This document shows positions 14,701 to 29,700 of a stretch of 64,000 bases of DNA, in pieces (the first letter of the stretch is position 1; every line of letters begins with the position of its first letter). The position numbers and the translations under genes were made by a program. This stretch comes from Tubulanus polymorphus (lineage: Eukaryota > Animalia > Nemertea). The stretch lies in assembly GCF_964204645.1 (NCBI RefSeq), contig NC_134029.1, positions 22,252,950 through 22,316,949 of the forward strand, written 5' to 3'. Below the pieces are notes generated by a model. It made no database searches, was not told where the DNA came from, and saw nothing but the letters and a program-made list of their open reading frames with translations.

Positions 14701-17700
14701 ATGTCATTCGAATCCCTGCCTGTACTTTTACCGACATATCCTTGCACTTTATGAATCACCTATGTTCGCACAGTAATACCTACAAGAATATTGCAGTGAT
14801 GGAATTAGTGAATGGTAACTTCTTAGTTCAACACGAATGATGTATTATCGGAAGACCCATCTTGGATGGGTTTGAAAGGGAGTCTTTGATCTTGGAGCCA
14901 AGCTGACCTCAATGCAGGAAAATCTCAATGCAAGTGCAGGTTAAAGGGAAAAGCAGGTCCAAGGTACCCCTAAACTTTGACCGGTTCAGCCAGGAAAAAA
15001 ATCCTGATTGGCTTAATCCGATGAAAATACATACTCCTCCTATTAAAACTCATACTTCTGAGTATACCCAGAAGCCCGGAAAATCCAATCTTTGATCATT
15101 GCTATTAATTGAAGATCTATAGCGCGAAACAACATTGTTGCAATAAAAAGTTGTTTAGAAAACTGTTGCTAGGCCTGGTACGATAACCACACTCAAACGT
15201 GGTGAACAGATGATAAGATAAAAACCCACTATTTACAAATTAAAAGAAATCTAAAATCGAGAATTCATTTACTGAAACAATCTAAAATATGAGAACACGA
15301 CGTTTCGATCTCACACTAGAGATCTGACGATGACGATGATCTCTAGTGTGAGATCGAAACGTCGTGTTCTTATATTTTAGATTGTTTCAATTGATAAATT
15401 CTCGATTTTAGATTTCTTTTAATTTGTAAATAGTGGATTTTTATCTTATCTGCTGCTAGGCCTATTTGATACTCAAACGTGTGTGTGCGTAGGCTTCTGA
15501 TGATCTTCAGCTTTGACACGGTAACCATCAGTGGTTGGATCCATCGTTTAAATAGCACCTACCGTCTTCACGAAAAATACCCCCATCCTTAATCTGATGG
15601 TAATTTGATAAGACGTCGATCGGCAATTAGTGTTATGATGGATTGATGAAGACTCGTAATGAGCAGTTTACCGCGTTAGTGTGTATAAATACAGATTAAT
15701 AGAGAAGCTAACATAGTACCTCGATATTGTATACAAAACTCTCAAACATGCCGACCAATTACCCTCTTTCATTCATTCGCCGTAGATTTCTTGGGTTTCT
15801 ATCGCGAATGTCCTAGAGATGTATGCTGAAGTTCATATCGAACACGTATTTTATTACAAATACAGCTCACGTTAAAGACAACATTAGTTTTAGCGTCTCT
15901 TAATCTTAATTCATAATCTCCTGACTTATTGGTAAAGGGAGGTTATTTCCGATGGTATATCGAGAATTTGATTTTGATCACAATAATCACAATATTACCT
16001 TATACAAACAGGTGCGCCGTACACGTACACGTATCTGAAATTCTAAATATTCTTTTAATATTCCTATTGATTCTACATTCATATCATATTTTATGTTCAA
16101 AGTCATTTTTACGATGGAATATTTTGTTACAACGAACAGGGAATGTAATAATAATCATAATAATTGTAATGATGAAAATTCTAAATTTTGCAGCAAACGT
16201 CGGCTACAATCACCTGCAGCAAACTGGTGGCAGAACCATCACTCATATTTAGAGAAACAAATCAATTATCCTAGGTACATTTAGGGTAAAACGCTTTTAG
16301 GTCCCCCGATCTGAACTTGAAGTGAACTTATTGAGATTTTGAAGAGGTTCCAGTTACATGACGGCTCTTCTTCTTCTAACTTTCCACCAAAAGAACCAAC
16401 AATAAAACTTTCGCTGATTTCTGTTGTGTGTGCAAGCTGATGATTGTCGCGTACCGAGAATTTCTGTAACGAAATTGAACTGCGTCATAATTCCAACAAC
16501 AGGATAGCTGTCAAATTACATTTGGCGAACATCATTAGTTGCATTCGGTATTGATGAAATAACTTAATTTGTTTTCATGTGATTTGATTTCGGTGTACGC
16601 GCATCGAATTGTGTTGTATCCCGATTATTGAAGTATTTCAACTGGAAAATGTTATTTCGTTCCTAGCACAGTATTAAACTATATACCTGTATTTGCTCAG
16701 TGATGTAAACGGCTGTATCATAGAACGTGTTATATTTCGAGTTTTGCAGTTAGATATAGTCAGCGACAAAGCTCTTGTCCATGTGCACCTTGTTATATGA
16801 TTGATTATGTTAGGCAAAGATGATTTTTTTTCGAAATTGAAAAATGTCTAAAGGGAGATTCCCATCCTTAGATTCCACTGATGCTTATCATTTAAGCGGA
16901 AGCTAGAAACGGAAATTGCAAAATGATCCGTGTGTTGCTGGACCCAGAGGCAGAATAATTCGAGTTACTCAGTGCAACATAACCGCAATAATGATCCGTT
17001 ACTAGTGTGCCTCGGCTAGCATTCAGTCGGTCGTTAACCTTATCGAGCTGAGTTGCAAATGCACGCGCGTATCGTACTTGAGTTTCGTCAGATAAGAAGA
17101 AAAAACATTCAACCAAACGTATTATCGATTAACGTTATTCGTGAAATACCTTGGGCTGATAACGGAGCTTCTCAAAATAATTTAATATTTCCAACAAAAA
17201 AACATGAACAGCGACTTGTATTATTATTCTATCGGAACAGATAAAAACAACATTATTCAAAAAGAAATCCACGATTGTTCATCTATTAATGAATATAGAA
17301 ATAGGGTTCTATCTCATTCCGTAACTATCGCTGTCAGCGTAAAATTAATGCTCTGATTTATCTCATTTGAAAGTTATTGTTTCGGTAAAAGTTTTTCGCC
17401 GCCGTCTCTGGAGAGATTTTGCCGTCAGATACACGAGAAACTCCTCACACTATGACGTTAAGCTGTTTATCCCGCGGCAGATTACATGACTTCACGTAAA
17501 GTGCTGTTAAGATCAACTAACGTGAATCTTTTGTTAAATCCACAGCTTAGTTGCCGATGTTTGTTTAGAAATTCGAAATAACTAAAATGCCTGCGTGACT
17601 CGTTCGTTTATTGATAAACATCTCTTGGCGATAAAGTTCTCGTCAGCGATATCTTTTTTTAAAATCCAATTCAATTCGAATTATCTACTTCGCAGGAAAA

Positions 17701-20700
17701 ATGTACACGAAATGAATACGGATATCATTTGCAACTGGTGGAGGGGGAGTTAAGACTCATAAAACCAATTCTACTTCGAATATTCATTAAAGAAAGAAAG
17801 AATGAATGAATGAATGAATGAATGAATAAATGAATGAAAGAATGAATGAATGAATGAATGAATGAATGAATGAATGAATGATGACGCACAATTTTGAGAT
17901 GGGTTGAAAGATTCCTGCACTACTTTCTATGCAGCTTGTTTGTTTAACCAGTCTTGGGTTTGGCCATAGCTTTAATTAATAAGTCTCTCGATTGACGGGT
18001 ATTCTGAGATTGCAAAAAATCAATTTTTCATTAGCTACGTCTGTTTCATTTAGACACATATAAGATAAATACGTCACACGGCTCCGCCGAGGTTATATAT
18101 GTCTATATTTCTGGATAATCCTCTGTCCGTTCTAACGAGGCTTTAGTTATTATTTCTGATAATGATACTAGTTATGATAATGATAGCAATAATTTTCTAT
18201 CATACCAGAATATTTCAGAAATGACTTATACAATAGAATTGAAGGTGCACTAAATGTTGATATAACATCCCTTTCAAGTACCGAGGTAGTAAGTCTTATT
18301 CTAGCAAATCTTGATATGTTTGTGAAAGGACAAATATAATATGCCATGAATATGAAAGTTTGTGTCTTGTAAGCGTTTTTATATGCTGGCTTTACTTGCA
18401 AAGATGACACTTTGAAACTATGGCACAGGGCCGTTAACATACTCTGACACCAGTAGAAATGCTAAATAGAAAGAAAAGTCTTTGAAAATTTTCATTAAAG
18501 TTTCGACATGGCGAAGTTTAGCCCGATAGAAAATGGCGTGGAATGATTGTGATATTGTATATGGGCAAAATACTAATACTTTATACACTAGTTCGGTCAT
18601 TCGATCTGTCATTTAATACTGGAGTCAAATATCAGCTGAATTTCAAGCACACTCGCACGTGTACTCGATGAACGCTCAGACCAAATCAATATATTCACAT
18701 TTTGCCTGAAAATATATGTCGATGAATCATCCGAAGCTATGTTTGTTGTATTGAGGATAAAGCTCTATATCATTCTAATAGATTTGGGAGGGAGAAACTA
18801 GGCCGACCTCTATATAGATGATAAAAGCGGTATAAAAACCGAATTAATGTAAATTCGATAGCGTGAGAATTTTCTGATATTTTCTAATTGGAGGTAATAT
18901 AGCGATGGTAGAAGAGAACGCACGATTTATCGAATTCTTATACGATCTATGAATAACCTATACCTTTATGTTCAGGTGTGGTCAAGATATCTTATAAACT
19001 CAGATAAGAGACATTAATTTCAATCATCATCGTATAAACCTATCTACGCAGCATCGAGGGTTCCTGGTTCCAGTATGCCGAAGGGAATAACTTCGATGTT
19101 TCTTTACATATAACCGTTGTATTTCGATTAGCGCGACGTGTGGAGATTCGATCATTACTCGCGTACGGAACATTTTAATAGCTCCTTGATTATACGTTCG
19201 GGTCGATCAGGTAGATATTCCGCACCGGTTTCGGGTTGAGCGTGAATCTTTATCTTAACTCGACGAAAAAAACGCACTTTGTTCTATACAACCAAGATGT
19301 CAGTAATAGAAAAAAACATGCATGGTATATTAGTATATGTAACGTACGTAATGTTCTGGATTTGCTATCTCCGCAACTCAAGCTACAACACGACAAACTA
19401 CTATTTCAAACGGATTATATTTTTATTGAAACGTGTGGCTCTAACTGTGTGATCTTTCATTTCATTACATCATCAATTACAACCAATAGGGCGCACTGCC
19501 GTGGTTAATAATACTGTATTAAGTTTTAAAAGCTGTTATTACCGTTTATTTAATTAATTGTAAATACTGTTTTTTTCCTCCGTATTATATATACCAAGGA
19601 AATGGCTGGAGTGTAATAGATATTCGTATTCGTATTCGTATTCGTATTCGTATTCGTATTCGTATTCGTATTCGTATTCGTATTCGTATTCGTATTCGTA
19701 TTCGTATTCGTATTCTGTATTAACCCATTGATCTCAAATACACCACACTGGAAGTAAGATGTTCATAGACCACGACGATCAGGTCTGGTTGGTGAGAGCG
19801 TGGATGATCTCTTGATAACCTTTATTTTGACTGTAATTACGTACAGTCCTGTAATACGCGTGCGGTCCTCGGGAGAGTCTTTATTGCTTTCCGAGTTCGA
19901 ATTAATATCACAACTAACGGTTACAAACGCTACTACAAATCGCTATGCACCTTGTCTCAGTGACATGTCGATGATAAAACGCTTTTGAATGGGTTTCTGA
20001 GTCGTCGTATGTTAAAGATAGTGTTTAATTTAGGTAGAAGCGGCCATTTGCGATACGAATCACGTACACTTAGACCATCCTTATCGGCGCGTTCATGCTG
20101 CGAGTCGTCAACAGATTCTTTTTTCATTTGATTATATAATCGATTGCGAACGAAACACGAATGAAAATAAGGACATTTTGAAAATGCTTGTAAAAATATG
20201 GGTTTTTGTCGAGACGCATATTCAACAATTTGTCGCGCTGCCATTTCAAGGATTAATCAAAAGAGATAGATATTAATTGACTGTATAGACTGTTCGGTCT
20301 AAGCACTGGAGAAAGATTTAAAAAGCTGTGCTGTCTTTTGATTCATCGACTGTGATTTGGCCTTTGTTGTACTATCTACTAAATTTGATTACGGTGGCTA
20401 TTGGGTATCGTTTGAATATTCAATCATCTCCAGTATAGCGTGAAAGTGGGTTAGTTCGCCCAGATTCCGACTACCAGACGCACAGCAATAGCGTCAGTAT
20501 TTCAAAGTTTCGAGGATTAACCGAACTGGTATGTCGTTGTTGAATTTCATCAAATTCAATCAATGGGTTTCTGTCTCGTGTATAGTAAAATCATCTCTCG
20601 CAAAGACTTCTGATTGACAGTTTTCGTTCGGACGCGAATTAAAAGACTAATTCAAATCGTAAAAGTAATTTAGAATCCGCCATAGGAATTTTCCAATTAT

Positions 20701-23700
20701 TGGAGATAGAAGCGGGCAATACGCTTGATTAAAGCTACTTTTTTATTTGAATAAACTTGCAGACTATAATATCTCAATTCCAAGCACCACAGTATCGTAT
20801 CGAAGGCAAATATTTAGCTAGCGCCAAACGAGACTTGGACGACAATGAAAAGAAAATACGAATCGTTATCGTAAGCGTCAGGAGAATTACATAAACAAGG
20901 CCATGTTCTCCTATACTGAGTGATCGATCATCGTAAATGTTTTGACGCAGTAACTGGACATATTAGTTGGCTATGATCAAGTATAGTAACGGCGCTTATT
21001 TTCCCTTGTCAATAAGTCACACGCGTCTGTCAACATGTTATTAATGGGCTGCGTTTATGAGTATCACTGTTAGAAGTCAGTCGATGAGATCGACTAGTCC
21101 GGACTGGTCATAGCGCGCATAAACGCTGATGATTTCGATAGGAAAGAAAGTGGAATTTACCGAAGATGACGAATTGTCATATAATAATATATACTACTTG
21201 AATCTTCGGAAGATGATCGAGTGGATTATGGAAATCATATATAACAAAATCCCTCGGGATCAAATCTGTGTGGGGATAGGTTAATTTCATCCTTGAACTT
21301 CTTTTTGCGAATAAGTGTCAATTACTAGGCGAGTACCGATTCGTGTATCACTACAATATGTATTAACACTAACGTCTTCAAGTCTATATACGATATACTT
21401 GACTTGGATTCAGCTATTCATGCCTTCATCGAGTCCCTCCACGCCTGGCGCCGGGTCTTCGCAGTATAAAAAGAAGTATGAACAACTTAAGAAAATATGA
21501 TATATTATTTGAAATAAGAGTTCGGAAAGATTTAATTTCACGCGTGCTTTTGCGTCGTAAGAATATACGAGCAACTGTTATCAATAACTCCTATTCATGC
21601 TCCACGCGGATATATCGGAAGTTTCAGGTTAGCGTCAATAGTTGGCCCGTATCCTGTGTTGGTCATTGAACTGACCAATTTCAAATAAGAAATTAAAAAT
21701 GAACTCTGAACATTTACTCCTATAATCCTATATGTTTTCATTATGTTCAACCATATCTCCTGAAGATGACTTGTGTGACACAATCGAAACATGTCGTGGA
21801 AATAATCTTTCTTGATGTCTACTTGTTGAGACTATCAGAAATAAGAAATCTCGAACGGACCGTAGTCCACTAATGGTCAAATTGTTTACCATGCCAGAAG
21901 TCACGTCGTCTCGACGAAAATGAGTTTCCTCCTGACAAAATCGAGTTACTGCTCTGAAAACGGCGACCTCGAATCAGCGCGACAGTGGGAACGAATCCCT
22001 CGGTGGAATTAGACCAGGTATCGGTCGATTGCCAATATGAAATCATATCAAATTTCACGACGCATTTAGGCACCGGTAAACAGTGACTTGTGGTAACCCG
22101 ATGGGAAATACTGCTCCATACCTTTATCATAGCGAGCTAAGACCGGTGGCGTCTCGTCGGCAGATACCCGTGCTGCATCAGGATCCCGTGTTTCGAGAGG
22201 GAAGTCAGCCCGCGTGGAACCAATACATTACGCATCATCCCGGTACACACCCCGGAGACCTCGGCTCTTGCTGAGCCATTTAATTTCTGAAAATCGACGT
22301 GTAACAGAATCCGATGTTACGGTTACTAATTTCCATCGCATATCTCAGATTATTTACTTACAGGATGTGGTATTCGTGTAACGTTGATCTGTTATGATCT
22401 CCATATTGATTACGCGTATACTTTCGACTCAAACCACGAGTACACGGCGATCATTTCTTCTTATCTGTCTAGCTACAGTCTTTAAGCTTTAAAAATCAAT
22501 TATTTTCTTAACTGGAATAATTTCAGCTTTTATATCAACAACTTGTTCTGATCTGTACAAATTCGATTCGTGTGTCATCTACACTGCTAGAGAATATGAA
22601 GACAGCGCTTTCGTATTAAGACGGTTGTTGTTTAATTTAAACCGTATTGATTCTACTGGGAGAAGTCGAGACTTTTAGCGATCAGTTTGAGAAACTGTGA
22701 ACCGTGTCTGATGAATGACGTCCTTGATTGTTTTACCCCGGTTAAATGCGCAGATAGAAAATACGGAAATTGCCGCGATAGACGGACGAATTGTGTCTGA
22801 ATGAGGAGACTGGATGTTTATAGCAGTGATGTGAATTGAGAATCTGAGACGTGTGGACGCTTTAGTGCCTTTTTATTTCTCTGTTAGTTTTCTTCATCTT
22901 GTGATTAATATTTCGCTATTACTGGTAGGGAAAATACAGAACCTACGTCAGTAACCTCTCATCTGTGATTTCTATAAAATCGTTTTCTCTTACGAAAGAC
23001 AAATAGTCTCATACCGATAATGTTCCTCGGATCTGTATCTTGTTTACTCGGGATCATCGAGTAATTCTTTAAAAAATGTATTCATCCTAGTCGAACTAGT
23101 AAGCATGCTAAAATACACACCACGTTTATTTTTTCGGCTTTCAAATCACTGAATTACATGCCCAATGATAATAACACCATAATTAACTCATAGTACTAAT
23201 TGTGCCAGAATTCTAGTTATTAGAATTTTTATTTTGATTCTGTTAGATTATTATTATGTAAGGTTTTTTCAACCACAACCAATTCGACTGCCGGGTATGA
23301 AAATTGTTGGCGACAGTTACTTTTTGTCTCATCGCCCTACAATTATATAACGGATAATCACAAGATTACTGCTGAGTTTTTTTAACACAGCTGGTATTAT
23401 TCTTTCAAAATGGCGTCTGCAATATTCCAGCGAGAAAAACTGTTTTGCTATGGCATCAATTACGATACAGTTATCAAAGTGGACGTTTTAGGGTCCATGG
23501 TAAAATTTTACTGAGAACTGAAATTAGAACCAACTTGTTTTGTTACCAGTATCGCGCGGAAAATATTTATGGTGAAGTCTTTTATGAAGCACGGAAAAAA
23601 AGAATTATTACGGGTATAACAGCGGTGAACTTTGCTACAGAATTTTCAATAAAATGTTCTCGTTTTATCAGTGCTGCTTATATACAAAACTTTTGTAATT

Positions 23701-26700
23701 AACATCAGTGCCCTTTTAGGAGGGAGCTCTTTCAGGGAGAAGAACAGAAATCGATTTCTATTCCTCATATCATAATTACTATGTATAATATATCAACAGT
23801 TTTTATTACATGCGACGACGGAAAGCTTCATTAATCCTGCCAAATGAGGAAAAATAATTAACGCAATACATGTCTACTGTAGTCGCCCAAGCATCCGATA
23901 TTCGTAATCCGGAACACTTAACTACGAATGATGTACTTCGTCTTTACATATGTCTTTGCCATAAACTCAATGAGGCCGCTTTCGTGTAGACTTTTTCTTC
24001 GTCACTCTTTCGCTCAGTAAGGCGAGGTATCAGCTGTAAATGTATGCTGTTTTTCAAATAACCCACTGAATTATGAAATCTTAATCATCTCCGTCGTCTT
24101 TTAGACGTTCGTAGATTGTCTAAACCGCGTATATTATGTGTTATATACCTTTTCGTCGTCCCATCCAGCGCTGGCATGTATCGTCTTTCAAGACGCCAAT
24201 TTATAACGGCTGAAAGAATCTGTCAATCAGCGCAGAATAACTCTTCTAATTTTCCACTTGATGTCTCTGATTTGTAGATTTATATACGTATAACCCTCGT
24301 CGTTCGAACTGAATATGTGAAAGGAAATAGATTTCCTAAACCTCTTGATAGACTGACTAAGTGTCCATAATCTTCCGCTTCGTATGTTTGATGATAAAAT
24401 GGCGACAATGGTTCAAAGTACGCCTAAAGGTGATGGTTTTATTCCGGACTAATCCTCGGACGGCGGAGTTTACGATTTACCGACTTGCCAATACATAATT
24501 AACAACTCAATACAGCCACGCGCAAATCAATTAATCAATACGCGGAGGAAAATCAGAAAATAAGAAATCAATAATAAATGAAATATTCAAATTCAAAATG
24601 TGACAAAACAAAAATCAATAAGCGAGTTATTCGCTAAGTTTTTTTTTAATTACGATATTCAACTTTTTCGCTAATCTTCTAGATCTCTAGATTACTTCAT
24701 ATATGTACCTGTTCTGGTTATTCTTCATCCCCAATCTCATTCGATTCGAAGATAGAAATGAAAATGTTTAAGCAGCGCTGATTTTGTGGCGTACCAAACC
24801 GGCAGATTGCTCGTATCTTCTTTTTCATCGATCACCCAGAATAAAGACAAGGTGAAGTTGTTAAATGCATCACGCATTCAATGATTTGCTACGTCGAATA
24901 TACATAGAAAAGATGAGTACCCGTTACTGCCACTTAAACTCCGGAAACATTAGCTTCCAACTGTTTGCTTGATTACGATTTAACTTCGCATATCCGTAAT
25001 TGAAATCGTCTCTCAGATGAGGGTAACGCAGTAGGCAGTCAATGCTTTAACACCGCAGGTGAAGTTAACATTTCTGAGAGCAGATTCAACAGTCACGGTA
25101 GAAGGTGATACGTTTTCACGAGCGTAATTTAATTGAGTCTTAATATAAACCGAATTGTGTAACAGCAAAACGATTATCAATATTACTATTGTTATTATCA
25201 TTTTCTCCTGTTAGATGTATATCATCATATAGATTTTATATGAATACATGAATAAGAAAATGATAGATTATATATGATGTTACAATGGAAAAAACCGGGG
25301 TGATATTATATGGAAAGCGTAGCTTGAGGAATATCTCACCCATAGCAAAAAAGAGACGATGCAACAGGACATTGACTTGAGACCAAACGAGCATAGTTCA
25401 AATTCGAACAGAAGATCGGTCAATTTAGCCAACAGGAAACGGGTTTCTAAAGCCACGATTAGCCATTCTAACAAGTCCTTCTAACGAGCTTTGATGAGTG
25501 TACATTTAATGAAATGATAGATATATGTGTTAATTACACTAGTCCCACTGTGTATATACGTCACGACCACATTCGTCGCAGCATTCCAGACAGAAATTGA
25601 ATTTATGGCCAAGGGTTTGATTGATTATCACTGAAAGCTTTGACTGTTCACAGACGCTTCGGTCTGCATTAGATTGCGTCCTCGGGATGGACTACAGATT
25701 TAAAACTGTACCATCGGCTGAGAGACTTCCACGCAGCAAATGATAGCTATACGAATGGATATAAACCCATCGTTAAACGATTGAGTAAAAACAAGCAAAC
25801 ATATTATTTACGGCGACGATGCTGATGGTCGCAACCGCATAATTGATAAATTATGGCGGTGATAACGTAGTCTAAAAAGAGCTCTACGCAAATTCATCGA
25901 ACGAAATTGATTTATCGATCGACGTGATGTTTAACGTCGTTTCGCTTATAAAAAGCCGATCGAATTTTCGTAATATCTTCATGTAAACCGACACTACGGG
26001 CCTTTTCAAACACGCAAGGCACAAGGCAAGACAAATAATAGCGACGAACAGTTATAGATCCCCATCAGCGTTAATAAGAGGTTCGGATAATTTTTCTTTT
26101 TTTTTACCTATCGTTTGTGTACATTACTAATAACAAGCCCGCGCGGATAATAACGATTTACACATAATCTACGTACATCAGTACAATCACCGTAATATTC
26201 ATACTTTAATAAAGTTTTGCGTGAAAAATAATCTGAAAGAAGAGATTTCCGTCGTCCGAAGAGTTGGTTTTACACCGCGCTATGGCTACATCGAGTGCAA
26301 ATCTCTAACCGGTAATTACAAAAACATTTATCAGTCTGGTAATGATTTATATAATGATAATTATCGACTACGCTCGGTCCGCGCGGAATTATGCATAGTT
26401 ACTGATCTGCTACGATTGATTCGGCCATATACGGATAATTTCCGGATGTATAGGGCTAGTGTTTCGTTCGGCATCTGTCTCCCGGGTGCGATTTTGCCTC
26501 CTCGGCGCAGAGCTTATACACAATATCTGATAGTTATATCATAACTCGTCGTCTTCTCGTATTCGACTATTGTCGATATAAAAATGTAGTGTATCACTAC
26601 ATCAGAAACCATATTAGATGCATTTACCACAGCGGTCAAACAGTCGGAGCAATTCGCAAACGTGTCCTTGTATATACAGTCTGTCATTTGTACAAATTAC

Positions 26701-29700
26701 TTGGCAATTCTTTAGTCGGAGCCGTACCATCAATTCTGCAGTCATTTACAATCAAACCCTATACGTAATGCGCGTTTTGGACCAGATTTTACATTGATAT
26801 TAGCTTTCAAAGGAAAGAACATGTTAACGTGAACAAACTATACTAGTCATTAGTGAAATGGAATTAATGAGATGTGTTCATGTGAATAGAAAAACCCCAA
26901 CTTGACGTGTTTTTTTTTTTGGCTCGCGTGCTAACCGGAAATTAAGAAAGAAGCACCCGCATCTGGAATCCATAGATCAAAGGAGACCGACCGGGTTGTC
27001 GCTTAATAGAAAGTCGGGGTTAGCTTTATGCTTTGATGTATTTGTATTCGTAACTGGTTTTTTTTTTTCGAAAGTCAGGTGCTAATGCTTCTTTGATCGG
27101 CGAATTACCCGATACATAAGCTAGCAATTTTGGAGGGGTTTGAAAATTTGCGAATCTCCGCGATATATTCTCCGTAAGAGATATCTAAAAAAAAATCTAT
27201 TTTCATCTATTTATTCTTTTCATCTCGGAAAATTCTTGCGAAATCGTTTAGAATATTTCATTAGAACGTTTCATTGTTAGATATCCGCGTACAGAACAGT
27301 TCGTATACCTTCACGATCTAACAATAGGCGACATTTCTGTCGTACGTGCCAAATCTTCTTTGGAGAAGAATGGTCCAAATCGAACCTACATGGAAAATCT
27401 AAAGATTGCGCATGGGTGTGACAGGATGGATTATTTGGTGTCGCCGTGAGCGCGATCGACCGGAGGCTAAGGTCACTTAAAATCATGATTGTAGAGGTGG
27501 CACGACCAAATTTTTGTATGATCTTTATTTTCCTCTTTTGTATATATTTGTAAAAAAGATAATTTTTCCCTCCACATTCGATGGAAATATTAGGAAAAAA
27601 TGGAATCATCTTATCTCATCTTACAATCAATTTTGGATATATTTTCCCAATTACGATAGAAAATGATTATTCCGAATTACAGCGTTTTCTGCAATCCCGT
27701 ACAGATAGATTTTCTAGTAGGCACAGATAATTAATCTTTCGACAAAACCGAATTTGGCTTTGTTTTCGTGCTCAACGTGGAGGATTTAACGACGGCAAAG
27801 TCTCATGCGCGCATTCCTAATCATCACACGATCACGTGATGCCATCTTACATTATCAACTGTATGTGAGATGATCTAGCGATAAACTCTGGGACGCCGAG
27901 TGAAGACACCAGATTGAATGGTAAAATCGACGTCGTCTTATATTTTGTGAGTGAAGGGAATTGATATAGATACATCCGATGATAGCGTCTTAAACATAGC
28001 TCGACATAGCTGCGCGTGTGCAGATAAACACTGACCAACCGGGACGGAAAATAAGGGACGAGTTCTTGTCTCGTATTCTTGACAGCGAGCTAAAGCTTTC
28101 ATCTGGACACGTCCTCTGAGAATGCAGCCATCAATTTGTAGAAAGTTCCCCCGCGTCTGGTAACTGTGGTAAAGTATATCTCGATCCGCGAGGATTGGTA
28201 CGACTTAGTGGTCATATCCGTAATATCTCCAGATCTGCGAACAGTCGCAGAACAGTCGTCGCATGCATTCACCTTTGTGTCCGCATGTATACACGACGCA
28301 TCGTACTGTCATTGTATAAAACCGAACGAAAATGAAAACGTTCGTGTTGTTTTCCTCAACTAAACAACGATATATTGGATGTGCGACTTCTATATTGCCT
28401 GTAAATCACCGGAAGTGTTGGGTTAGTTATCTGCGCTTGCGGTCTATTATTCACGTGATTTATGTAATTGATGAGACCTTTGTCCAGTCGTGCTGTGATT
28501 GTGTAATGGCGCCTAGATTACCCGGCGGGCTCGCCATTGGCTGTTTCGAGCGCGTTTCTATCAGTATCGCTTGCCCGCATTTCTGGAAATATGACCTTCA
28601 TAAGCCGGGGTCTACGCTGATATTTACGCGGTATTATCCGATATGGCGCGTACAATCGTTATCATTACGGCGTTCGATTGGCTGAGACCGGATGCAGACT
28701 TGAAAGCCACGGCGAAACTGGCCGAAAATGATACACCACCAGAAATAAACTAGGAATTCTAGATATAGTTTTCCGACTGCCTTGAATATTCGTCTCAGGA
28801 ACCCATCGCAGAAACTCATCGCAGACACCCGCCGCGCGGATAGTTTCCTAGATTCCCGTACCGAAGAAAAAAAAACAAAAAGATGCAAATGAAATCAAAA
28901 ATGGATGAACGGAATTCCACAGCCTCCGAGCACAAGATACCTCAATCGAAGATCATCTTTCTGATTAGCGATAATCAAGTCATTTAAATGCATTCGAAAT
29001 TAACATTATAAATCGAAATTTCAAAAATCATTCAAGTGAGACTCACGTTTGCCGACAAGGCGTTCATCGATTGATGATTTTTTCCGACACTCGAAACCGC
29101 GCCGGGCGCTCGCTAATCACTTGAGATATCGATTGAAATCATATTGCTATTCATTGCGGGGTTAATTCCGTTAAATTACGTTGACTCGCGATCAATTCGA
29201 CAGAGAAATTATTGCGATTAAAGTCAGTCGTTAACTCGGCTTTTAATTAGCGAGCCGTTGATTGTCTGCGCCCGGAGAAAGAGTAAAGAAGAATAGAAGT
29301 CTCCGCGATTCTTGGAACGAGAAGAAGAAGAACGACCAATTTAACTCGGCCATAAATTTGGACTGTTTTTGTGTAAGATTGAAATTTCTAGCCAGGAATT
29401 TCTGACACAACCACTCGCGCTTTTTTAGTAAATTGACGATCAAGTACATCGGTACTACAGCGGCAAGCTTTTGTTTTACAGCCAACAGCATGTACGGAAC
29501 TACACCGCGATGATGAATCGAAGTGCAAGGTGACACTTACACGTTACGTTACCCCACGCCCGATTTCATATTACACGTATTGATCCAGGGTTAGCTTCGT
29601 TCAAATCGTATACTATCTACAGATGAAATATCTAAATCGTGACATCAAACGTATTGGATTGGACTTTAGCGCGCTGTGAATTCCTTGACTTAACGTCGAT

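Noticed and set aside
19621-19715. Regular repeat as a CRISPR or telomeric array
   Set aside because: No spacers and not a telomere motif I recognise; a simple microsatellite in eukaryotic DNA.
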